Source: Torpedo marmorata | Taxonomy: Eukaryota | Assembly (NCBI GenBank): GCA_977017645.1 | Contig: OZ360226.1 | Location: 71,052,001 to 71,116,000, forward strand | Direction of reading: 5' to 3' | DNA length: 64,000 nucleotides | Shown: positions 46,457 to 57,947 of the stretch, one piece after another | How positions within the stretch are numbered: the first letter of the stretch is position 1 | Layout: each line of letters starts with the position of its first letter | The notes under the pieces: model-generated | What the model saw: only the letters and a program-made list of their open reading frames with translations | Told to the model about the DNA's origin: nothing | Database searches by the model: none | Translations under genes and position numbers: made by a program

Positions 46457-47274
46457 ATTCAAGATTCAATTTATTGTCATAGCAATAAAACAGTGTCATA
46501 TTCCATGAAATTTCTTTTTGCCCGCTGCAAGGCAGACAGATTCGCCACTGGCAGAAATTGCCTAAGCGCCTCTAACATTCCTTACAGTCAGAGAAAGAGA
46601 AGCAAAAGAGAGTCCCCCCAGAGTCACCGAGTGTCCATAGATTCGCCTCCTGCGCTTCCGCAGCCACACAGAGTCCAGCTCAAACCATCGGCAACCCGAG
46701 CTCCTGATCCGAACCTCCAACACGGTCAGGGCGCCCTCGGACCCCCTCGCATCCCGGTTCCGATACCTGGTACTCCTCCAGCCAGTTCGGGCCAGTCTCC
46801 AGCAGTCCGCAGCCCGGCGTGAGTCCCCCGACAGCAGTCTTCAGCAGCCCACAGCCTCCGCAGGTTCCTCGCCTCGAGTCGCCAGCAGCCCGCTGCATGC
46901 ACTGGTCCTTCAGCCTCAGAGCCCCTCACTGGTCCGCCGCCGTGGTCATCGTCTTGTGGGTCGTCTCCTCTGCTTCTCCTTCTCAGACGGGGGGTGATCT
47001 TCCCGTCCTCTGGTGCCCTGCTCCAGTCCTCCGCTTCCCCGGAGTCTGCAGCCCCTCGTGGCTGCTGCCGGTTAAAAGGCACTGCCATCTTGGGCACAGA
47101 CCCCGCGGTCGCGGGACCTTAAATAAAACCACCGTCGGCTTCCTCAACGGGCAGTTCAAAGCCCGTGCTGAACCGACAGCAGTCGAATGGGTGTCTGGGC
47201 CCCGCGAGAGCGCTGTATCTCCGCTCCCCGCGGGTCCGCACCAGCGGCAGCGCTGCCGCTACAGTGTCGCCATT
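46457..47274 (-). mobile_element. GC-rich ~800-bp non-autonomous retroelement, copy A
   Basis: Colinear with 57137-57947 in the opposite orientation. Ends in ATGACAATAAA plus AATCTTG repeats. No recognisable coding domain. Confidence 0.7.
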
Positions 47275-48408
47275 AACAATGATCATGGCAGAAGTCTTTG
47301 AATTGAAGCAGAAATATGACAAATCTTAATTAATGAGAGATAGGATTTTGGTAAATTCTTGGCACACGAAACATTGGACCAAGTTAAGTTTCTTATTGAA
47401 CCAAATTAAATCCATTATTGTCTTTTTTGGCATTGTGAATCATCTTAACGATTTCAGTGGAAGTTGCACTAAGAACGAGAATGTCTATTCTAAAGTTCAT
47501 AGAGCATATTCTGGGCTACCCTGTATAATGTCACATTGAAAGTGGTGTTGTTGGGTTCAGTACAGAGGGTTCCAATACCCTCTGTACTCATGGTTCCAAT
47601 ACCTTTGCAGCCATATCTTGAACATGCCACAATGCAAGCCATACTGTTCTAGCTGCAAGTGAGTGTTTTTGTGGAATAAATGAATTCTCTAAAGCTGGGA
47701 GTGAGTGTGCTGTAAGATCAGAGGACCCAGGACAGGCTGGTGAAGATCATTGTCTACTCTAAATGAAGGATGTTCTTTATTCAGTGAGACCCCTCCAAGG
47801 AGGCCTCTGTCAGGACTCAGAGGATTTGTATTTTGGGGAAATCTGCAGTGAAGGCTGATGCCCATGTCTCTCTCAGCTTGCTTCTGTGAGCTGAAGAAAA
47901 AGTTGGTAGTGTTCTTTCTTTGAGTAACGAGTTTAGGTGACCTCCCAACGAAGATAGAAGTGATCATGATCCTGACCTTCATGAACAAACAGTCCAAGCA
48001 CATGTGTATCTAAGCTTATAGGTCAGAGATCTCAGTGAAAACAAAGAATATAGTTTCAGTTGAGAAACACAAAAGCTGTAGATGTTGGAATCTTGAACAA
48101 AGAATTGCTGGAGGAACTCAGCAGGTCAGACAAGATGGATAGAAATGATTAAGATAAAAAGGTAAAATTACATACATAAAGGGAGAAGGAAGCTGGGGAA
48201 GGGGCCCGAAGATGATAAGTGTGAGAAGTGGAAAGACAGGTAAGGCAAGAACTGCAGGAAGCTCAAGTTTAGACCCACAAGCAGAGTATCGGTGTCTGGC
48301 AAAGCGGTCACTCAACCTGCGTTTGGTCTCAAGAATGGAGAGGAGCCCACACTGAATGCAGTAGATTAGGTTGGATGGTGTGCATGCAAAGATGTGCCTC
48401 ACCTGGAA

Positions 48409-50292
48409 GGCCTGGAATCAGAGAACTCGCAACCTGCTAAAGGCGAGAACAAGGGCGTTTAAGGCCGGGGATCGGGATCTTTACAAGAATTCCAGGCACG
48501 ACCTGTGGAAGGCCATCTCTGAAGCAAAGTGGCAATTCCGGAGGAAGCTAGAGACAGAGACAGATACACGCCACCTATGGCAGGGAGTGCAGGCCATTAC
48601 AGCCTACAAATCGAGGGCGAAAACTATAGACGGCGGTGATGCTTCACTACCCGATTAGCTGAACACCTTCTATGTGCGCTTTGAGAAGAAGAACCAAACA
48701 GTGCCGACCAGAATCCTTGAAAAGGCTGAGGACCCTGTGATATCTGTCTCTGAGGGCGACGTCAGAACATCATTCAAGAGGGTGAACCCTTGCAAGGCGT
48801 CAGGCCCTGACGGCGTACCTGGCAGGGTACTGAAAATCTGCGCCAACCAACTAGCCAGAGTGTTCACGGACATTTTCAACCTCTCATTGAGGCAGTCAGA
48901 GGTTCCCACCTGCTTCAAAAGGGCATCAATCATCCCGGTACCCAAGAAGAGTAGTGTGGGCTGCCTCAACGACTACAGCCCAGTAGCACTAACTTCTACT
49001 GTGATGAAATGCTTTGAGAGGCTGGTCATGGCCAGAATTAACACGTACCTAAGCAAAGATCTGGACCCACTGCAATTCGCCTATCGTCACAATCGCTCCA
49101 CAGCAGATGCAATATCGCTGGTTCTCCATTCAGCTCTGGATAACCTCGAAAACAGCAATTCATACATACGGCTGCTCTTCATCGACTACAGCTCGGCCTT
49201 CAATACCATTATTCCCTCAGTGCTGGTCAAGAAGCTACAAACTCTAGGCCTCTGTACCCCCTTCTACAACTGGATCCTTGACTTTCTCATCGGAAGACCA
49301 CAGTCAGTACAAATTGGAAACAACGACTCCTCCTCACTGATTATCAACACAGGCGCACCCTAAGGATGCGTGCTTAGCCCACTGCTCTACTCATTATACA
49401 CCCATGACTGTGTGGCCAGGCACAATTCCAATGCCATCTACAAGTTTGCCGATGACACCACAGTTGTCGGCAGAATCACAAACGGCAATGAGGAAGCATA
49501 CAGGAGGGAGATAGATCAGCTCGTTGAATGGTGTAACGACAACAACCTTGCGCTCAACGTCAGCAAAACCAAGGAGATGATTGTGGACTTCAGGAGGAAG
49601 TCAGGGGAACACGACCCAGTCCTCATCGAGGGCTCAGTCGTGGAGAGGGTCAAGAACTTCAAATTCCTGGGTATCAACTTCAACGAGGATCTGTCGTGGA
49701 GCCTCCACGTTGATGCAATCACAAAGAAGGCTCGCCAGCAGCTATACTCTGTGAGGTGTCTGAGGAGATTCGGTATGTCACCGAAGACTCTCGTAAACCT
49801 CTACAGGTGTACCGTGGAGAGAATTCTGGCTGGTTGCATCACTGCCTGGTATGGAGGCGCCAATTCTCAGGACAGGAATAAACTCCAGAGGGTTGTTAAC
49901 TCGGCCTGTGACATCACAGGCACCAGACTACACTCCATCGAGGACATCTACTCGAGGCGGTGTCTTAAAAAAGCAGCCTCTGTCCTCAAAGACCCCCACC
50001 ACCCAGGCCATGCCCTCTTCACTCTGCTACCATCGGGAAAAAGGTACAGGAGCCTAAAGACGAGCACTCAACGGCACAAGGACAGCTTCTTTCCCGCTGC
50101 CATCAGATTCCTGAATAATCAATGAACCAAAGACACTGCCTTACTTTTCGTGCACCACTATTATTTATATTTTTTTATAGTAATGTCGTAACATGGTTAT
50201 AATATGAATGTTTGCACTGTGATGCTGCTGTAAAACACCAAATTTCATGACTTGTTCATGACAATAAATTCTGATTCTGATTCTGGTTCTGA
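48409..50292 (+). mobile_element. 5'-truncated Rex1/Babar LINE, close relative of 16181-17750
   Basis: ORFs 48674-49363 and 49370-50125 separated by a TAA in the PQG motif. Tail (ATTCTG)n. Confidence 0.95.
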
Positions 50293-50361
50293 TGTGGCCC
50301 TGGATGGACATGAAGGAGGAGATGTAGGGACAGGTTTTTTTTAACTTTCTACAGTTACAAT

Positions 50362-50603
50362 GGTAAAGGTAAAGGTAAAGGTTCCATTATTGTCACGTAA
50401 TACTACATTTAGAATGTAACATACATGAAATTCTTTAATTTTTGTCTACCGTAAGGCAGACAGAAAGTCGCTACTTTGTCCAGCACCCCTCACAGAAACC
50501 TACAGCACCTGGTGTTCCTAGGCGGTCTCCCCTCCAAGTACTGACCAGTCCTGTGCCTGCTTAGCTTCTGAGATCAGACAATCCCAGTCGTATTCAGGCT
50601 ATT
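50362..50603 (-). mobile_element. 5S rRNA-derived SINE (SINE3-type)
   Basis: Minus strand 50603-50496 contains GTCTGATCTCAGAAGCTAAGCAGG...TGGTCAGTACTTGGAGGGGAGACCGCCTAGGAACACCAGGTGCTGTAGG, a 5S rRNA-like head with A and C boxes. It is followed by a ~110-nt tail ending in (ACCTTT)n. Confidence 0.88.
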
Positions 50604-51546
50604 GGGAAGTGCCCAAAGAGATGGAAGGGAAGAGCTGACTAGGATTCTCAGAGAGACTTATTCCTGCAAAATGTGGACAGAGGTGGAGAGGCGAAGATGT
50701 GACTGGTAGTGGCATCGCGCTGAAGTTGACGGAAGTGTCGGAGAATAACGTGTTGGATGCGGAGGCTGGTGGCGTGGAAAGGTAGGACCAGAGGTTCTGC
50801 CTGGGGGAGGTGGGGTTTCCTGTAGCCAACCATTTTAACTCCCCCAACCATTCCTACAATGAGATGTCTGTCCTCTGCCTCATCCATTGTCAAGGTGAGG
50901 TAAAATGGAAACTTGAGGAACAACAGATCATATTCCTCCTGGGCAGCCTTAAACCTAATGGCATGAACATGGAGTTTTCTAATTTTAGACCATCCCACCC
51001 CCATCTGATTCCACTATTTCCATCTATTCTTTATGTACTCTACTTTTCTTCTCTAACTTTTCTTCCCCCTGCCCCCATTATAGTTTCTCCCTCTACCTGT
51101 CTCTGCTCTTCTCACACCTAATCTATCACCTCTGGGCCCCTCCCCCAGCTTCTTTCCCCCTTTATATGTGCAATTTTACCTTTTTATCTTGGTCAAAGAG
51201 TTCCAACTCATAACATTAACTGACCATTTCTACCCATGGATGATGTCTGACCTGCTGAGTTCCTCTACCATTTCTGTGTCTGCTCAATATATTGTAATTT
51301 CATTGTTGACTCCTTGACTAGAATGGCTTCAGGGGAAATGGTTAATATAACCTGGGTGTTCCTCATTGTTTTTCAGACCAATGAATTTGAAAATCTCACT
51401 GCACATAAGTTCAACATATTGCACTATAATAAACATTCGGGGCAGGAGGGTAGATATTGGTTGAAAAACAGTGCAAAAGAGAACAAAGTTCTGACTGCAA
51501 AATAAGAGGAAACAATTTGCCAATAAGTGCAAACACACAAATGGAG

Positions 51547-52440
51547 TGAAACGCGGAAGTCTGCAGACGCTGTGATTGTAGTAAAAACACAGAAATGCTG
51601 GAGGAGCTCAGCTGGTGCACCGGTGCTCAGCACGATGGGGCTTGAGGTTTTGCTGCCATCGTGGAATGACTGGTCTTTCTGTCAAGAAGTCCAGAATCTA
51701 GTTTCAGGGAGCAGTGTTGAGCCCTCCTTATGATTTGTATAAATGCCGTGGATGAAGAACTGGAGGGGTGGGTCAATAGGTTTGCAGATGACACAAGGGT
51801 TGGAGGTGTTGTGGACAGTGTAGGAGGTTGTTGTAGGTTACAACAGGATAGAGACAGAATCGGGAGTTAGGCTTCTCCGCAGCATTTGGAGTTCAATCTG
51901 GATAGAAGAATGAGGGGAGATTTGATGGAGGTATTTAAAATTATGAGGGGATAGACAGAGTAAATGTAGGTAGGCTTTTTCCACTGAGATACAAACCAGA
52001 GGACATGGGTTAAGGGTGAAAGGAGAAAAGTTTAGGGGGAACATGAGCAGGAACTTCTTCACACAGAGAGTGGTGGGAGTGTGGAACGAGCTGCCAGCTG
52101 AAGTGGTGAATGCGGGCTCAATTTTAACATTTAAGAAGAATTTGGACAGGTACATGGATGGGAGAGGTATGGAGGGCTATGGACTGGGTGCAGGTCAGTG
52201 GGTCTAGGCAAAATAATGGTTCGGCACAGACTAGAAGGGCCGTAGGGGCCTGTTTCTGTGCTGTAATATTCTATGGTTCTCTGGTCTCACAGCGTCCATA
52301 GGAGGTAAAGATATATAACCGGCGTTTTGGGCCTGTGCCCTTATTCAGGCCCGAAACGTTGGTTATGTATCTTTACCTCCTGTGGATGCTGCGAGATCTG
52401 CTGAGTTCCTCCAGCATTTCTGGTTTTTTTTACTTTAAAC
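51547..52440. mobile_element. Penelope terminal-repeat hairpin interrupted by a CR1 3' fragment (~51617-52280, plus strand)
   Basis: The CR1 part closely matches 25500-25891 and is flanked by CTGGT (51612-51616, 52281-52285). The Penelope arms are inverted around ~52340. Confidence 0.8.
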
Positions 52441-52834
52441 ACACAACTGCTCTATTTTGACTAACTGATTTTCAGCAGCACAGAGTTTTTATTTGGAGAT
52501 ACATGAATGAATTTTCAGCCCATTGTCTCTAGATGGCATTGCTAGGTAATACTCAAGAGTACAGTTTTACAAGTTTCAGTTTTTCATGAAGAATTATGGG
52601 CTGAATGTCAAGTGGAGTTCACTAACCTTGCAGTATCTATTTTTACAAGTCTCATCTTTATGCCAAGAGTGCATGTCTTGGCAGCTCGGGAATCTGAATT
52701 CAAATGAATTGGAAGGGATATTAGTCTCAGTGATGGTACCAATGGTAACAAGAGGCATTTAGACCAGCAAATGAATAAGCAAGGAATGGAGGGATTTGGA
52801 TCATGTGCAGGTAGAATGATTAGTTTAATTTGAA

Positions 52835-53800
52835 CATAAGAAATAGGTGCCGGAGTAGGCCATTGGTCCTGCTGAGTGTGCTCCACCATTCAATAAGATC
52901 AAGACTGATCTGGGTGTGGCCTCAGCTCTGTTTACCTCTCCATTCCTTTTCACCTCTAATTCCCTGTTATTCAATCATCTATCTATCTGTGTCTTAACTA
53001 CATTTAATGAGGCGTCCTCAACTGCTTCATTAGGCAGAGAATTCCACAGATTCTGTACTTTCTGGGAGAAGCAGTCCCTCCTCATCTCTGTCTTAAATCT
53101 ACTCCTTGAAATCTTGAGGCTATATCCCCTGGTTGTAATCTCACCTTCCAGAGGAATCAACCTCTTATCTTATATATTCTTTTCATAATTTTATATGTCT
53201 CTATAACACACCCCTTCATCTTTCTAAACTCCAATGAGTATAGCCACAGGCTGCTCAATCTCTCCTCTTAAGATAACCTAGTGAAACACAAAAGTCTGCA
53301 GATGTTGTGATTGTAGTAAAAACACACAGAAATGCTGGAGGAACTCAGCCAGTCTCGCAGCGTCCATGGGAAGTAAAGATACGTTTCGGGACTGAGCCCT
53401 TCTTCAAGGAATAAGCAAAGAACTGGAAGATGTCAGAATAAAGAGATTGAAGACAGGCCTGGAGGAGTCCAGACCAACAAAAGGTGTTAATTGGATATGA
53501 TAAGAGGAGAGGTGAGGATTGATTTTGGCTTACACCTTCCTGTTCTTTGCTTATTCCTTGAAAAAGGGCTCAGGCCCGAAACATCAGTAATATTTCTTTA
53601 CCTCCTGTGGACGCTGTGAGACCAGCATTTGTGTGGGTTTTTTCTTGAGATAACCTCCCCAGCCCACCCCACCTCACCCATTTCTGGAATCAATCTGCAC
53701 TGCCTCCAAAGCCAGTATGTTCTTTCTTGTGTAAGGAGACCTGAATTGTGCATAGTACTTCAGGTGCAGTCTCACCAGTACCTTGTACAGTTGCATTATG
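52835..53800 (-). mobile_element. CR1 3' fragment carrying an inverted Penelope terminal-repeat insertion (53280-53642)
   Basis: TRGYSLKISRSRFKTEMRRDCFSQKVQNLWNSLP. The insertion is flanked by TCTT(A/G)AGATAACCT (53266-53279, 53643-53656). Confidence 0.8.
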
Positions 53801-56619
53801 ACATCATGTTGAGCAAAGACAACAAGGCCTATTCCTTTACTGTACTCTTCTATGTTCTACAAAACTGTAGGATTATGGTAAAAACCCATCTGATTCAACG
53901 ATATCCTCAAGGGAAGGAAATCTGTCAAACTTATCAGATCTGAGAAATATATGACTCCCCCTCAAAAAATATGTGATTTTTAACTGTCTCAATTTAGGGG
54001 CAATTAAGGATAGATGATAGATACCAACTTCACCAATGATGTCCACATTAAACTAGCAAATAAAAAAAATCCACATTTGTTAAATTTTTAGAGTATATGC
54101 CCAGGCCCTGATAGCTACAGAAATCCTTTTAACCCATCTCAACTTTCTGATTCAATTCAGCCTCTACATGGAGAATCCAAACATAACAGCAGCTAGAACA
54201 TGAATTTGGGTTCTTGAGCATGAATGAAATAAAAGGTAACATTAAGGTTCCTTTTTAAAATAGTAATTGCATTGCACATGGAAATCTAATTTTGGTAATT
54301 ATGATGATTTGAAGTGTAATGAAAATAATTATGTTATGACAGGATCTACGTCTGAACCATTAATCTACCTTTATTTTAACAGATAGGCACGTTATGTGCA
54401 TCCAATACTTCATGGTTTTATTAGATTGTCATCATGCAGAAAAACGATTGCCTAAATTTGAGTCATTATATTATGCAATGCAATGCATATGAAGATTCTC
54501 TAAGCCAAAAATAATTCTCTGTATCAACAACACATCTAAAATGTTTATCAGCATAGAAATATCACATTTCTCCATTTGCTATTTTAAACAAAATTTTTAA
54601 ATAATTACCAAAGTGCATCTGCTAAAATAATTTGTGAGAAGATGTTATAGAAACACATTAATTGTTCATTTATTGTTCGAAATAGCAACTCTTATTCAGG
54701 TTTTGAGTAGTAATGTGTGAAATAATTAGATCAGTGGATTCCATCGATTGCATTTACTGGCATTATACCTGCAGTAAATTATACTGTATCTAATGGAGTG
54801 CAAAGGAAAATCATACAATGACTCTAAATAAATATGCTACCAGCAAAATTATACAGAAACCCACTGCAAAGGTGCACAGATCTTTGGACAAAAATCCACA
54901 AGTATTATTGCCAGTCTGATGCCAGTGGTCTTTCAGTTGTCTTCTGGTTTTTACAAGTCTTTGCTAAACAGACATGATGGTCCTAGCTGCCTAAAGGAAA
55001 TGTAATAATCGGCGAGTGTAAGATCAAGTCCCTGAGACAGGATTAACATACTTGGAAAATTATTGGCTGCCCTTCTACATGATAAATAAATCCATGGATT
55101 CATGGGGATCAATACAAACACCAAAAATAAGCATAAGAAAATGAAGCTGGGCTTGGCTGAAATTTTGATATTGGTTATTTTTGGGATGGATTGCTAGCTG
55201 TAAAAGTTGCATTTTTTAACTGATGGTATTTTATAAATACTGAGTGGGAAACGTAAACCACTTATACAATAGCACCTTATGAACATGCCAAAAAAATCCA
55301 TTTCTGGAGGACACACAGACCTGTTACGGTGGATTCCTGAAAATGGGTCAGAGGTATTTATTTCATTATTTAACTTTATTGTTTCATCTATTGTTCATTT
55401 TAATGAATAGAATAGGTTTACTCTGGCATGTTCTTTCATATTTAATTATTGCAAGTTAATAGAACCCACATTTAATAAAAAGCTTCGTAGAGTTTTGTGA
55501 GAGAATTTTGAAGTTTGTAAAATGTAAAGGCCAGAATAAAAAACAAAATAGAATTGCTTATTGTCTCTGTGATTTTTGATAATTATGATACATTTCAAAC
55601 TTTAGATAAATGTAGAAAATGGTAAATAAATCCACACAGCTGGAAAATCTTCATTTCAACTTTATTGTTTGCTTTGATTTGTTGATTTCAGTCAGAATGT
55701 CACAATATTCCTTGGGGTTGTGATTGTGGAAGGGTAAATCTTCCAGTTTGTGCTCCCTGGTTCCAAAACTGCTCTCTTTTCTTTATGACATCTGAAATAC
55801 CTGAAATCAGGATGAAGTTTCCTCATTTTACTGTTGGCTTCAAGTTAGACACCCACCAGACGAGGAAATGACAAAAGCCTATGCTGTGCAAACACTTATT
55901 CTGCAGCTCTCAACTTCAAATGGGTTTACCAGGCAATATTTAGCACTTTCTCTCCTTTACAATGGAATTGAAGATTCTCTACAGCTAGGTCAGGACTGGT
56001 GCCAGACCATCAAAAACACTTCACATCTCCCATTGACTGGTCTCAACTTTCCACGATTGGTCTGGAGCTTCCAGGAATTAATCTCTGAAGATTAATCTCC
56101 AATGCTCAACCCCAGAGAAAAATCACAAAAGTATTAAAAAATATTTGTGTAGAAAATGAATTTAAAATATTTTAATGCACCAAATCATTAGCCTGGAAGT
56201 TGGATAGTGTTGTGTTAATGCAACAAAAATAGATGAAATCCAATTTCTAAGTTGCACTGGAGACAAATCAGGAACCTCTCAAAAAGTAATTAATAAGACA
56301 TTTGAAATATTGTTGGAGTGGTTTAGCCCCTGGATAATGTGTTAAAACTGGATCTGTATTGTCTCCAACAACACCAGGCTCATTTGAAGGCAGCTGCTGA
56401 AACTAAGCTAAGCAGCAATCATGAAAAGGCATCAGCCCTTTGTGAATCAGTGTGAGCTTGTGGTCACATACATGCTGCACACATACAGGTACATAAAATA
56501 CACCAACAACAATAGTATAAATTAAACTATCGTAATATGCCATGAGATAAAAAAGAGGGAATAAATATAAAAGGATCGATGAATATTCACAGTTGTGTGG
56601 TACAAAAATGTGCTGTTTT

Positions 56620-56893
56620 AATATTTTTTAAATTTAATTTTTAAATTTAATTTAGACATGCAGCACGGTAACAGGCCCTTCTGGGCCAAGAGCCCATGCC
56701 GCCAAAATACCCCAATTAGCCTACAACCACCCCCCACCCCCTGTACGATGAGGAGGAAACTGGAGCACCCGGAGGAAACCCACACAGACATGGAGAGAAC
56801 ATACAAACTCCTTACAGACAGCGCCGGATTCGAACCCGGAATGTTGGCGCTGTAATAGCGTTGCACTAACCACTATGCTAACCGTGCTGCCCC
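56620..56893 (-). mobile_element. tRNA-derived SINE (HE1/V-SINE-like)
   Basis: Minus-strand A box TAGCATAGTGG and B box GGTTCGAATCC. Same body as 7095-7345. Confidence 0.85.
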
Positions 56894-57136
56894 CAAATGC
56901 AGTCAGATCTTTGGTGGTCCTGGAGAAGTTTTCTGGTTCAAAAGAGTGTATTGATTCAATAGTGCAGAGAGATCTTTTGGTGGTCCAGGAGCAGTTTGTG
57001 ATTAGAGTTAGGATAGTACAAAGAGGTTCAAGAACCTGATAACTGTTTAAACAAACTGTTCTTGAACCTGGAGATGCTGGACTTCAGGTTTCTGTACCTT
57101 CTACCTGAAGGTAGCAGCAAGAAAAGCATGTAAAAA

Positions 57137-57947
57137 AAAATGTCAGCTCTACTGGAGCTGCTGTAACAGCAGCGCTGCCGCTGGTGTGGACCCGGGAGAG
57201 CGAAGACACAGTGCTGCTCCAAAGGGTTCAACCACCCGGTCCTAATGCAGGCGGCTCCGTGCAGGCTTTAAACAGCCTGTTAGAGGAGCCGACGATGTTT
57301 TTAAACTAAAATCCTGGAACCACGGTCTGTGCCCAAGATGGCAGCACTTGTACTCGGCAGCAGCCACAAAGAGTTGCAGGCTCTGGGGTAGTAGCAGACC
57401 AGAACAGTGCACCAGAAATGGGGAGAACCCCCTACCCTCCCCCCATTGAGGAGAAGCATAGGAGATGACCCTACATGACGAGGCAGACCAGCGAGGGGCT
57501 CAGCAGCTGTCAGCAGCTGAGGGACCATCACAGGCTTCGGGCAACTTGCGGTCTGTGGACCCACACGAGTTGCGGGCTGCTGGAGACTGGCTCAGGGACC
57601 CAGGTATTGGAACTGGAATTTGAGAGGGTGAGGAGGGCAAGAAGGTCTCTCGATGGGCCTCAGGCACTGAAGGCTTTCTGATCGTGTCGGAGGTTTGGAT
57701 CTGGAGCTCGGGTTGCCGATGGATCGAATAAGGGTCTGTGCAGCTGCAGAGGCTGCGGGAGCATTGGAGGCGAATTCATGGACACTGTGTCTCTGAAGGG
57801 ACTCTCTTTTGCTTCTCTTTCTCTTGTTCTGTAAGAGGAGCCAGGCGACACTAATGGCGACTCTGCCTTAGGCAGGCAGAAGGCAATTTCATGTAATATT
57901 ACATGTTCTTTACTATTATATGACAATAAAGGAATCTTGAATCTTGA
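57137..57947 (+). mobile_element. GC-rich ~800-bp non-autonomous retroelement, copy B, inserted in an old Rex1 fragment
   Basis: Shares CAGCGCTGCCGCTGGTG, GTCTGTGCCCAAGATGGCAG and GAGCTCGGGTTGCCGATGG with copy A. Tail TGACAATAAAGGAATCTTGAATCTTGA. Confidence 0.7.

Larger units (their letters stand above)
48062..51290. mobile_element. Old Penelope element with inverted arms, interrupted by Rex1 and the 5S SINE
   Basis: Minus-strand GIY-YIG remnants (NLIYCIQCGLL...ETKRRLSDRF at 48118-48402; LRIQHVILRHFRQLQRD at ~50700). Plus-strand VANHFNSP...KLEEQQIIFLLGSLKPNGMN at 50810-50990. Terminal repeats at both ends. Confidence 0.7.

Noticed and set aside
46415-47322. Several 100-160 aa ORFs on both strands
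   Set aside because: They are not preserved in the second copy at 57137-57947 and are expected from high GC content.
50496-50603. Functional 5S rRNA gene
   Set aside because: The 5' end is missing or diverged, there are many substitutions, it is not in an array, and it is fused to a retroposon tail.
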